Shown here: positions 11,205 to 23,983 of the stretch, one piece after another
Numbering within the stretch: position 1 is the first letter of the stretch
How the letters are laid out: each line of letters begins with the position of its first letter
Made by a program: the position numbers and the translations under genes
Assembly (NCBI RefSeq): GCF_037042905.1
Contig: NC_087251.1
Span: 35,714,001 to 35,774,000 of the forward strand
DNA: 60,000 nucleotides
Reading direction: 5' to 3'
DNA from: Lytechinus pictus
Lineage: Eukaryota
Notes under the pieces: generated by a model
Databases searched by the model: none
What the model was told of the DNA's origin: nothing
The model's input: only the letters and a program-made list of their open reading frames with translations

Positions 11205-13585
11205 TAGTCCAAGAGCATTAGGCCAAAATAGGCTTAAGAAAGGAAATTTCAGGTAACAAGCTGAATTTTTCAGGATAGGTCCAGGAATATGTATAGCATA
11301 ACATACTAAAAGTCCTCATATATCCTCCTTGAGGGTTTTCCGTAATCCAAGATAGCGTCCAAAATGGCCGCCATTACAGAAAATGGCCATAACGCTCTCA
11401 TTATCCGACCTAGACATCAAATTTTGGTGCTTATTCCATGGTTTAAAGGTGTAAAAAGTGCTATTGACACAGGTTAGAGTGAACATAAGCAGACCAGTAT
11501 ACCTAAAAATCCAAGATGGCATATAAAATGGCCGCCAAAGCCTAAAAATCCACAATTAATTTATTGCTTATATAGTATCTTTAATTCTGTTTCTATTCAA
11601 TGGTTTTAAGGGTCAAGTAGTACATTTGGACAAGTGACATGGACAGTCAGTGGTCAAGTATGTCCAAAAATGGGGTCTTAAATGGCTTCTATTACTTACA
11701 AATGGACATAGTACATTTAATATCTTCCAGCTGGATATACGATTGTGGTGTCTAACCATGGTTTGAAGGGTCAAATAATACATTAGGACAGGTCTAAAAG
11801 ACACTCAGTGGTCCAGTATGTCCAAAAATCCAAGACGACGTCCAAAAATGGAGTCTAAATTGACTACTGTTACTGAAAAATTGACATAAAAATCGAAGAT
11901 GGCTTGTAAAAATGGAGTCTCAATTGAGATTATTTATTATCTGCCTGGGAGATGATATTTTGGGGTCTAAAGGGTCTAATAATGCATTATGTCATAAAAT
12001 CCAAGATGGCTTCCAAAAATGGGGTATAAATTGGATGCTTTCACTTACAAATGGACATAGTTCATTATTTTGATATGTGCCTGGGATATATGATTTTGGT
12101 GTCAAAACGATTGTCTAAAGGGTCAAATAATATATTATGAAAGTTCAAAGGACAGTCAGTGGTCCTACATGTCCAAAACTCCAAAATGGCTTTAAAAATG
12201 GAGTCTAAATTAACTGTTGTTACTGAAAATGGACATACTTCATTAAAAATTTTGTACATACTGGACCACTGACTGTCCTTTTAACCTGTCCTAATGTATC
12301 ATTTGACCCTTTAAACCATGGTTTAGATACCACAATCATATATCTCCAGCAGATATTAAATGTACTATGTCCATTTGTAAATAATAGCAACAATTTAAGA
12401 CCCCATTTTTAGAAGCCGTCTTCGATTCTTGGACATACTTGACCACTGACTGTCCTTTTAACTTTTCCTAATGTATTATTTGACCCTTTAAACCACAGTA
12501 TAGACACCACAATCATATCTCTCAGGTGGATTTTTAATGAAGTATGTCCATTTCCAGTAACAACAGTTAATTTAGACTCCATTTTTAAAGCCATTTTGGA
12601 GTTTTGGACATGTAGGACCACTGACTGACCTTTGAACTTTCATAATATATTATTTGACCCTTTAGACAATCGTTTTGACACCAAAATCATATATCCCAGG
12701 CACATATCAAAATAATGAACTATGTCCATTTGTAAGTGAAAGCATCCAATTTATACCCCATTTTTGGAAGCCATCTTGGATTTTATGACATAATGCATTA
12801 TTAGACCCTTTAGACCCCAAAATATCATCTCCCAGGCAGATAATAAACTATCTCAATTGAGACTCCATTTTTACAAGCCATCTTCGATTTTTATGTCAAT
12901 TTTTCAGTAACAGCAGTAAATTTAAACTCCATTTTTTGAAGAAATCTTTGATTTTTGGACGTACTGGACCACTAACTGTCCTTTTAACCTGTCCTAATGT
13001 ATCATTTGACCCTTTAAACCATGGTTTAGATACCACAATCATATATCTCCAGCAGATATTAAATGTACTATGTCCATTTGTAAATAATAGCAACAATTTA
13101 AGACCCCATTTTTGGAAGCAATCTTGAATTTTTGGACATACTTGACCACTGACTGTCCTTGTAACTTGTCCAAATGTACTACTTGACCCTTAACACCACT
13201 GAATATAAACAAAATTAAAGATACTAACATTAGTAATCGATAAATTGTGGATTTTCAGGCTTTAGCGGCCATTTTAGACGCCATCTTGGAATTTAAGGTA
13301 TACTGGTCTGCCTATGTTCACTCTAACCAGTATCAATAGTTCTTTTTACACCTTTAAACCATGAAATATGCACCAAAATTTGATGTCTAGGGTGGATGAC
13401 GAGTGGGTTATGTCCATTTTCTGTGAATGGCGGCCATTTTGGACGCCATCTTGGATTACGGAAAACCCTCAAGGAGGATATATAAGGGCTTTTAGTATGT
13501 TATTCTAGACATATTTCTGGACCTATCCTGAAAAAATCAGCTTGTTACCAAAATTTTCCATGTTACACCTAATGCTCTTGGCCTA
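11205..13585. mobile_element. Element B, copy 2
   Basis: Same termini and interior as 2503-4883, offset 8702. Confidence 0.8.
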
Positions 13586-14778
13586 CAATGCGAGGGTCAA
13601 CACATTTGCGCAATTTTTAGACGCCATTTTCGAGTCGTAAATTACCGGAGAAATCATTTCCTTCTTCATCAGAATGGTTGCTTTTTCGCGTGTCTAAGAC
13701 TTTATATATGATTCTGATTCGGGAATCTGATATAATTATGACGGTGTGGCTTCTGTTTAAGGTCATCTTTCATTTAAAATTGGATTTGTGGATAGATTGA
13801 GCATTACTTTGGCTGAGCAGTGCCGGATTCATACAGACCAATTTGACAGTCATTCATTTATAATCGGCAACCTCTGGGGTAGATGGTAGACCGGGATCAA
13901 TCTATCAATCACAAAAGTAAGTTATAAAGGGATTATATAGATCATTATTATCATTCTACAATAATTATTTAGAGGGTTGCACACACTATATTTTTACCTC
14001 TGCCATTTTTACCACTGCCATTATTACCTCTGCCATTTTACCTCTGCCATTTTTACCTCTGCCATTTTTACCTCTGCCATTATTACCTCTGCCAATTTTA
14101 CTTCTGCCATTTTTACCTCTGCCATTTTCACCTCTGCCATTTTTACCTGGCACCGGATTTTTGCACATAATGAAAAGCTGAACATCCTTGTTACTTGTCC
14201 TATATTTGCCAATTCACTTCTCACAGGTGGATATGAAGTATGACCGTTTTTAAGTGATGGGAGTTACACGGCATTTTGGAAGCCCTCTTGGATTTTAATG
14301 CAAAATGGACAATTACATATCATTGTGAGGGGTCCCAAAATATTATTTGACTCCTGAAACTATAGACACCAAAATACTAGTAATATCTCTCACGCGGATG
14401 TAAAATATAATAATGTCCCTTTGTAAGTAATAGCAGCCACTTTAGACTCCATTTTTGGCAGCCATCTTTGATTTTTGGACATACTGGACCTCTGAGTGTC
14501 CTTTTATCTTCTCGTTATGTATTATTTGACCCTTTAAACCATGGTTTTAGACACAACAATCATATCTCTCGGGTGGATTCTTAATGAAGTATGTCAATTT
14601 TTCAGCAGCAGCAGTCAATTTAGACACCATTTTTGGAAGCCATCTTGGATTTTTGGACATGCTGGACCACTAGCAGTCCTTTTTACATGTCCTGGTGTAT
14701 TTATTTGACCCTTTAAACAATAGTTTAGACACCACAATCATATCTTTCGGGTGGATTTTTAATGAAGTATGTAACTCC

Positions 14779-15938
14779 ATGGCCAGTCTTAAACCCCCAT
14801 GCAATGAATTGTCAAAAAGCCCCCGCATACATACATTAAATAAGTGCTTGTCACGGTTAGGCATTTCATCATCATTATGTATTCATCGGCCTAACAATGC
14901 TATTTACGAATTCGTTGGAGGTGTACCGTGAACGCTTTTTAAAAAGAAATCAAACGACAGATATTTTTTCATTCAATTTATCAGGAGCAAAATGAAACTG
15001 CACTATTCTCATTCATCATTTTATAACATTCCTTTTTGTCTGGCTGTTTTTTTTATATCTAAAGTTTCGCCAGGTTTACCGATGCAAAAAGGAGGAAGAG
15101 TAGACATAAGAGAGATGGAGAGACAGAGAGGGTTAGGGGGCGGGGAAAAACATATAGAACATAGCGGGGAAAGCTTAGACGTTGAAATTGTCACGAATGA
15201 TTGTGGTTAAATATTGTGTCCTTATTTGTAATGTCGTCTGTACTATTCTTTTTAAATAATTGAATGACAATAAGCATGCGTTCCCAGGCTTGGCACTGAA
15301 TATGAAACTGATTATTAAAATCAATAATAATCTTGCTTGACTGGTAAACCAATTTGGCGTCGATCGAGGGGGACCGTCTGGTTCAGATTCTTTGCATAAA
15401 AGAAGACCCTGAAACTTTACCACTGCATCCAATATGCTATAAACGCTCTGATGGTCATAACCCTTGGAAGCGGAAGTACTGTTGGGTATTTTGTACACCA
15501 TGAGCAGCACCCTCTTGGTAATTAGCTTGGTATACTAAAATGTAGAGATTTGATACAAATCTCTGTTATTTTTCAAACAGAAGAAAAAACATTGTTTATT
15601 ATCTAATTGTTATTATTTTTGTTGTAATTCTTTTTCTGACCTAAAAGAACTTCATTTAGTTGAAATATTTTTATGTCATTTTCCCCCTTAACCAAATCCC
15701 CTTTCATTTTGGAGTGAAAACTTTTTTTTCTCGGCTTTTTTTTTTTAAACCAGCACCCCATTTTTCACTAACTTTTCAAAAGTAAGTGGTGCTCACTCAA
15801 GCGGAAATATTTTTCGACAGTTATATCGTCATTTGCTTAAATGGATCTGTACCAATGTGAAAATGTGGAAAAATCTTCAGGATTTTAAATGCGGGGGCTT
15901 TTTGACAGTTCATTGCATGGGGGTTTAAGACTTGCCAT
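14779..15938. mobile_element. 1160-bp TIR element, second full copy
   Basis: Same as 8153-9312, offset 6626. Confidence 0.88.
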
Positions 15939-17830
15939 ATTTTACCTAGAACTGTCATTTTTACCTCTCCCATTATAACCCCTGCCATTTTACCTCTGCC
16001 ATTATTACCTCTGCCATTTTTACCTCTGTCATTTTTACCTCTGCCATTTTTACCTCTGCCATTTTTACCTCTGCCATTTCTACCTCTGCCATTTTTACAC
16101 CGAGCCAAAAATCTAAGAGGGTAAACTTAAAAAAAAATGCCTGCTGTTACCTGTTCCTGAAACCATAAGTCATAGGATCAGTTTTCCCCAATGCATTTAA
16201 GCGTTGATACCGCAATTATTCCTCACATGTGGATATTTTATGAATTAACACTATTTTCAAGTGATGGGAGTTATTAAGACGCTGTTCATTAAGACGCCGT
16301 TTTGGAAGCCATCTGGGATTTTTAGGCAAAATGGACAACTGCATATCATTGTTAACAGTCAAAAAATATTATTTGACCCTTGAAAACATAGTATAGACAC
16401 CACAATCATATCTCTCAGGTGGATTTTTAATAAATTTGTAATTTTTTTCAGTCACAGCAGTCAATTAAGATTTTATATTTGGAAGCCATCTTGGATTTTT
16501 GGACATACTGGACCACTGGCTGTCCTTGTAACTTGTGGCAATATATTATTTGGCTCTATAAATCATGGTTTTCACACCAAAATCATATCTGCCAGGCAGA
16601 TATTAAATGAACAATGTCCATTAGTATGTACAAACAGCCATTTCAAACTCCATTTTTAGAAGCCGTCTTCGATTCTTGGACATACTTGACCACTGACTGT
16701 CCTTTTAACTTTTCCTAATGTATTATTTGACCCTTTAAACCACAGTATAGACACCACAATCATATCTCTCAGGTGGATTTTTAATGAAGTATGTCCATTT
16801 CCAGTAACAACAGTTAATTTAGACTCCATTTTTAAAGCCATTTTGGAGTTTTGGACATGTAGGACCACTGACTGACCTTTGAACTTTCATAATATATTAT
16901 TTGACCCTTTAAACAATCGTTTTGACACCAAAATCATATATCCCAGGCACATATCAAAATAATGAACTATGTCCATTTGTAAGTGAAAGCATCCAATTTA
17001 TACCCCATTTTTGGAAGCCATCTTGGATTTTATGACATAATGCATTATTAGACCCTTTAGACCCCAAAATATCATCTCCCAGGCAGATAATAAATAATCT
17101 CAATTGAGACTCCATTTTTACAAGCCATCTTCGATTTTTATGTCAATTTTTCAGTAACAGCAGTAAATTTAAACTCCATTTTTTGAAGAAATCTTTGATT
17201 TTTGGACGTACTGGACCACTGACTGTCCTTTTAACCTGTCCTAATGTATCATTTGACCCTTTAAACCATGGTTTAGATACCACAATCATATATCTCCAGC
17301 AGATATTAAATGTACTATGTCCATTTGTAAATAATAGCAACAATTTAAGACCCCATTTTTGGAAGCAATCTTGAATTTTTGGACATACTTGACCACTGAC
17401 TGTCCTTGTAACTTGTCCAAATGTACTACTTGACCCTTAACACCACTGAATATAAACAAAATTAAAGATACTAACATTAGTAATCGATAAATTGTGGATT
17501 TTCAGGCTTTAGCGGCCATTTTAGACGCCATCTTGGAATTTAAGGTATACTGGTCTGCCTATGTTCACTCTAACCACTATCAATAGTTCTTTTTACACCT
17601 TTAAACCATGAAATATGCACCAAAATTTGATGTCTAGGGTGGATGACGAGTGGGTTATGTCCATTTTCTGTGAATGGCGGCCATTTTGGACGCCATCTTG
17701 GATTACGGAACACCCTCAAGGAGGATATATAAGGGCTTTTAGTATGTTATTCTAGACATATTTCTGGACCTATCCTGAAAAAATCAGCTTGTTACCAAAA
17801 ATTTCCATGTTACACCTAATGCTCTTGGCC

Positions 17831-19528
17831 TAGTCCAAGAGCATTAGGCCAAAATAGGCTTAAGAAAGGAAATTTCAGGTAACAAGCTGAATTTTTCAGG
17901 ATAGGTCCAGGAATATGTATAGCATAACATACTAAAAGTCCTCATATATCCTCCTTGAGGGTTTTCCGTAATCCAAGATAGCGTCCAAAATGGCCGCCAT
18001 TACAGAAAATGGCCATAACGCTCTCATTATCCGACCTAGACATCAAATTTTGGTGCTTATTCCATGGTTTAAAGGTGTAAAAAGTGCTATTGACACAGGT
18101 TAGAGTGAACATAAGCAGACCAGTATACCTAAAAATCCAAGATGGCATATAAAATGGCCGCCAAAGCCTAAAAATCCACAATTAATTTATTGCTTATATA
18201 GTATCTTTAATTCTGTTTCTATTCAATGGTTTTAAGGGTCAAGTAGTACATTTGGACAAGTGACATGGACAGTCAGTGGTCAAGTATGTCCAAAAATCCA
18301 AGATTGCTTCCAAAAATGGGGTCTTAAATGGCTTCTATTACTTACAAATGGACATAGTACATTTAATATCTTCCAGCTGGATATACGATTGTGGTGTCTA
18401 ACCATGGTTTGAAGGGTCAAATAATACATTAGGACAGGTCTAAAAGACACTCAGTGGTCCAGTATGTCCAAAAATCCAAGACGACGTCCAAAAATGGAGT
18501 CTAAATTGACTACTGTTACTGAAAAATTGACATAAAAATCGAAGATGGCTTGTAAAAATGGAGTCTCAATTGAGATTATTTATTATCTGCCTGGGAGATG
18601 ATATTTTGGGGTCTAAAGGGTCTAATAATGCATTATGTCATAAAATCCAAGATGGCTTCCAAAAATGGGGTATAAATTGGATGCTTTCACTTACAAATGG
18701 ACATAGTTCATTATTTTGATATGTGCCTGGGATATATGATTTTGGTGTCAAAACGATTGTCTAAAGGGTCAAATAATATATTATGAAAGTTCAAAGGACA
18801 GTCAGTGGTCCTACATGTCCAAAACTCCAAAATGGCTTTAAAAATGGAGTCTAAATTAACTGTTGTTACTGAAAATGGACATACTTCATTAAAAATTTTG
18901 GACATACTGGACCACTGACTGTCCTTTTAACCTGTCCTAATGTATCATTTGACCCTTTAAACCATGGTTTAGATACCACAATCATATATCTCCAGCAGAT
19001 ATTAAATGTACTATGTCCATTTGTAAATAATAGCAACAATTTAAGACCCCATTTTTGGAAGCAATCTTGAATTTTTGGACATACTTGACCACTGACTGTC
19101 CTTGTAACTTGTCCAAATGTACTACTTGACCCTTAACACCACTGAATAGAAACAAAATTAAAGATACTAACATTAGTAATCGATAAATTGTGGATTTTCA
19201 GGCTTTCGCGGCCATTTTAGACGCCATCTTGGAATTTAAGGTATCCTGGTCTACCTATGTTCACTCTAACCACTATCAATAGTTCTTTTTACACCTTTAA
19301 ACCATGAAATATGCACCAAAATTTGATGTCTAGGGTGGATGACGAGTGGGTTATGTCCATTTTCTGTGAATGGCGGCCATTTTGGACGCCATCTTGGATT
19401 ACGGAAAACCCTCAAGGAGGATATATAAGGGCTTTTAGTATGTTATTCTAGACATATTTCTGGACCTATCCTGAAAAAATCAGCTTGTTACCAAAATTTT
19501 CCATGTTACACCTAATGCTCTTGGCCTA
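17831..19528. mobile_element. Element B, copy 3 (1698 bp; lacks 703 bp and has 20 extra bp)
   Basis: Same termini as the other copies. Length arithmetic: 2381-703+20=1698. Confidence 0.8.
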
Positions 19529-20721
19529 CAATGCGAGGGTCAACACATTTGCGCAATTTTTTGACGCCATTTTCGAGTCGTAAATTACCGGAGAAATCAT
19601 TTCCTTCTTCATCAGAATGGTTGCTTTTTCGCGTGTCTAAGACTTTATATATGATTCTGATTCGGGAATCTGATATAATTATGACGGTGTGGCTTCTGTT
19701 TAAGGTCATCTTTCATTTAAAATTGGATTTGTGGATAGATTGAGCATTACTTTGGCTGAGCAGTGCCGGATTCATACAGACCAATTTGACAGTCATTCAT
19801 TTATAATCGGCAACTTCTGGGGTATATGGTAGACCGGGATCAATCTATCAATCACAAAAGTAAGTTATAAAGGGATTATATAGATCATTATTATCATTCT
19901 ACAATAATTATTTAGAGGGTTGCACACACTATATTTTTACCTCTGCCATTTTTACCACTGCCATTATTACCTCTGCCATTTTACCTCTGCCATTTTTACC
20001 TCTGCCATTTTTACCTCTGCCATTATTACCTCTGCCAATTTTACTTCTGCCATTTTTACCTCTGCCATTTTCACCTCTGCCATTTTTACCTGGCACCGGA
20101 TTTTTGCACATAATGAAAAGCTGAACATCCTTGTTACTTGTCCTATATTTGCCAATTCACTTCTCACAGGTGGATATGAAGTATGACCGTTTTTAAGTGA
20201 TGGGAGTTACACGGCATTTTGGAAGCCCTCTTGGATTTTAATGCAAAATGGACAATTACATATCATTGTGAGGGGTCCCAAAATATTATTTGACTCCTGA
20301 AACTATAGACACCAAAATACTAGTAATATCTCTCACGCGGATGTAAAATATAATAATGTCCCTTTGTAAGTAATAGCAGCCACTTTAGACTCCATTTTTG
20401 GCAGCCATCTTTGATTTTTGGACATACTGGACCTCTGAGTGTCCTTTTATCTTCTCGTTATGTATTATTTGACCCTTTAAACCATGGTTTTAGACACAAC
20501 AATCATATCTCTCGGGTGGATTCTTAATGAAGTATGTCAATTTTTCAGCAGCAGCAGTCAATTTAGACACCATTTTTGGAAGCCATCTTGGATTTTTGGA
20601 CATGCTGGACCACTAGCAGTCCTTTTTACATGTCCTGGTGTATTTATTTGACCCTTTAAACAATAGTTTAGACACCACAATCATATCTTTCGGGTGGATT
20701 TTTAATGAAGTATGTAACTCC

Positions 20722-21850
20722 ATGGCCAGTCTTAAACCCCCATGCAATGAATTGTCAAAAAGCCCCCGCATACATACATTAAATAAGTGCTTGTCACGGT
20801 TAGGCATTTCATCATCATTATGTATTCATCGGCCTAACAATGCTATTTACGAATTCGTTGGAGGTGTACCGTGAACGCTTTTTAAAAAGAAATCAAACGA
20901 CAGATATTTTTTCATTCAATTTATCAGGAGCAAAATGAAACTGCACTATTCTCATTCATCATTTTATAACATTCCTTTTTGTCTGGCTGTTTTTTTTATA
21001 TCTAAAGTTTCGCCAGGTTTACCGATGCAAAAAGGATGAAGAGTAGACATAAGAGAGATGGAGAGACAGAGAGGGTTAGGGGGCGGGGAAAAACATATAG
21101 AACATAGCGGGGAAAGCTTAGACGTTGAAATTGTCACGAATGATTGTGGTTAAATATTGTGTCCTTATTTGTAATGTCGTCTGTACTATTCTTTTTAAAT
21201 AATTGAATGACAATAAGCATGCGTTCCCAGGCTTGGCACTGAATATGAAACTGATTATTAAAATCAATAATAATCTTGCTTGACTGGTAAACCAATTTGG
21301 CGTCGATCGAGGGGGACCGTCTGGTTCAGATTCTTTGCATAAAAGAAGACCCTGAAACTTTACCACTGCATCCAATATGCTATAAACGCTCTGATGGTCA
21401 TAACCCTTGGAAGCGGAAGTACTGTTGGGTATTTTGTACACCATGAGCAGCACCCTCTTGGTAATTAGCTTGGTATACTAAAATGTAGAGATTTGATACA
21501 AATCTCTGTTATTTTTCAAACAGAAGAAAAAACATTGTTTATTATCTAATTGTTATTATTTTTGTTGTAATTCTTTTTCTGACCTAAAAGAACTTCATTT
21601 AGTTGAAATATTTTTATGTCATTTTCCCCCTTAACCAAATCCCCTTTCATTTTGGAGTGAAAACTTTTTTTTCTCGGCTTTTTTTTTTTAAACCAGCACC
21701 CCATTTTTCACTAACTTTTCAAAAGTAAGTGGTGCTCACTCAAGCGGAAATATTTTTCGACAGTTATATCGTCATTTGCTTAAATGGATCTGTACCAATG
21801 TGAAAATGTGGAAAAATCTTCAGGATTTTAAATGCGGGGGCTTTTTGACA
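20722..21850. mobile_element. 1160-bp TIR element truncated within its right TIR (end of the 6.6-kb array)
   Basis: Homology stops after GGGGGCTTTTTGACA at 21850. Confidence 0.85.
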
Positions 21851-23604
21851 ATTTGACAAGTTGTGTATTTAACTAATTGTTCTGTGAAAAAGAAGTTTAT
21901 GGTATAATGTCATTATTTTTAAATCAATATCGATTTAAATGAATTTTTCAGCAAAATGCTTTGAGATTCTCTTTCTTCAAAACATATTTTGGCTTGGGTG
22001 AACTTGACAGCTAAAGATTGATACCCATTTTTTTGTCCACAAAACCATCCTCTTTTGTTGTAGACCCACTCTATCTCGGGATGGGTGAAGGTAGAATTTG
22101 GCACAATATTTTATTCTCTATAAATAGATGTACGAAGTCTGCAAAATAGGTCCTCCATAATTTACTTTATGTGACTTGATTTGCATTACTATTTTGTCAA
22201 AACTATTACAGGTTTATTCTGGTATTTAATCAAAACATTAGGGTCATTGTATACCTTTCTAATATTTTATGTTCATCAGTACGTCTTATGCTATTTGCCC
22301 TTATTATGATTGTGTAGGCGCGGTTCTAGATTAAAGATTTTGGTGGGGCTTGAGAAATTTTCTGATGTTGGTTTATTCAGTACATCGGAAATGGCCCATC
22401 GTGGGCAGCACTATCCTGATCTGACCAAGCCACTAGTCCCCGCCCCAGCCCCCCAAAATCCCTAATATTATGCGACGGAGCGTATCGACCGAGCCCAAAA
22501 AAAATCACAATTTTGAAATGCTTGAGTATGTTGAGAACGTTTTTCATAACCATTTAATCTACTTGTGTAACGCCAATCAGGTCGTGAGTGCTGTTATACA
22601 CGTTGACACCGGCGTACATAGCAAAATAAAAAATAAAAATCGCACCAACCCCCTTCAAAATGATTTCAGGGAATTTAATGACCGAGGGAAGATTTTCGAG
22701 GTGAAGTCAAGCATTTGGAGTAATTAATTATGAACTTCCAAAATTGTAAATCTACAATACGTTTAAATTCCTGAATATAGAATAAGCAACATGCAGAAAG
22801 GCTGCAAAAGAATATAATTTAGTCTACACAATAGAGTATTGCATAGAATAGAGTAAAATCACTCTACTTGAAACAGAGGCGTCGAACCTGGGGGCAGCGC
22901 GATCGCCCCTATAGATATTGGGGGACAACATAGTGATTTTTACAACTTGAAAACTTTGTAGTATTTGATGCAAAAACATGTCTGAAAAAGCACTATGAAA
23001 CTGTTATACTTGATATCAAAATACTCTCAAACATATATAGTCGAAACCTGCGAAGTTCCACAGATGAATTATTGTCCAGACCTCCTTTCGCTGTGCCCCC
23101 CCCCCCCCCCCGGATCTGCTAGTACCCTCTAAAATATTCTGTATGTATATATTTTTAGCGTCGGTTTAGATGAAAGAGAAAAATACGAGAGACAATGTAA
23201 AACACCAAAACAGATTTTGCGTTCATGATTATTGCCGTTTATATTTTACATATACATGCATCTATATTTGAGGTTTGTCTCTAAGCGTGTGTGTTATAAG
23301 CGAGAATAATGAGATGTGTGTTGATTCAATTATCAACCTCTGAAATTGAAACAAAATTGAAACAGATGCTCAAATTAAAAGGTGTGATATTCTTTGTTAA
23401 GCACTGCAGGAAACAACATATGTCACTATCATATAAATAAAGTGAGGTGTCAGAGAAAAACTCCACCCAAGAATCATTGATTACGAGGATGGCGGTAGTA
23501 TTATGGCCCTATATCGATAAAAAGGGAGTTTCGCAATCGCGACGGGGAGGGATTCTACAACATAGAAAATCTATTGTCAAAATCCTAATAGCAGTTCCGT
23601 CCTG

Positions 23605-23743
23605 GGGATTGTTTCATGGAGGGACTTGTCGGACGTTTTATCTGAAAAGTTACCATTTGAACTGTGCTTCTCAGCCAATCAAAATCAATGAAAGTTGTCC
23701 GATCTGACAACTTGTCGGACAAAAATACTGATGAAACACTCCT
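23605..23743. mobile_element. Small PIF/Harbinger-type MITE with CTG TSD (also 35672-35828, 49601-49749, 58660-58816)
   Basis: CTG|GGGATTGTTTCAT...ATGAAACACTCCT|CTG: imperfect 13-bp TIRs and a 3-bp CWG duplication. Confidence 0.65.
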
Positions 23744-23983
23744 CTGGACTCTGGACAAGCGACATATTCGCAATTTTCCATCAGCTCAGAATCTTAAAAC
23801 GATCAGTTGTCCCGTTTCACCAATTTTCGACAAAGAGCTCTCAGCTGTACATTGTGATTTGACGAGCATTTTCAATAGATTTTTCCCTGTTGTAGAATCC
23901 GTCCCCGTAGCGTTGTCTGAAACTCGTTAATGATACCGAGGCAAAACATGCATCGTGCTAAAAAATATAAAAATAAAAGTAAA

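Larger units (their letters stand above)
1..21850. repeat. Young tandem array of a ~6.6-kb composite unit (about 3.1 units visible; probably extends left of the window)
   Basis: AATCTTGCTTGACTGGTAAACC recurs at 1, 8703, 15329 and 21272. The same ORF translations recur with offsets 8702, 6626 and 5943. Units differ by a few substitutions and by internal indels. Confidence 0.97.

Noticed and set aside
23664..23930. 88-aa ORF conserved in three copies
   Set aside because: It has a non-ATG start, spans a MITE boundary, and is broken by a stop in copy 3.
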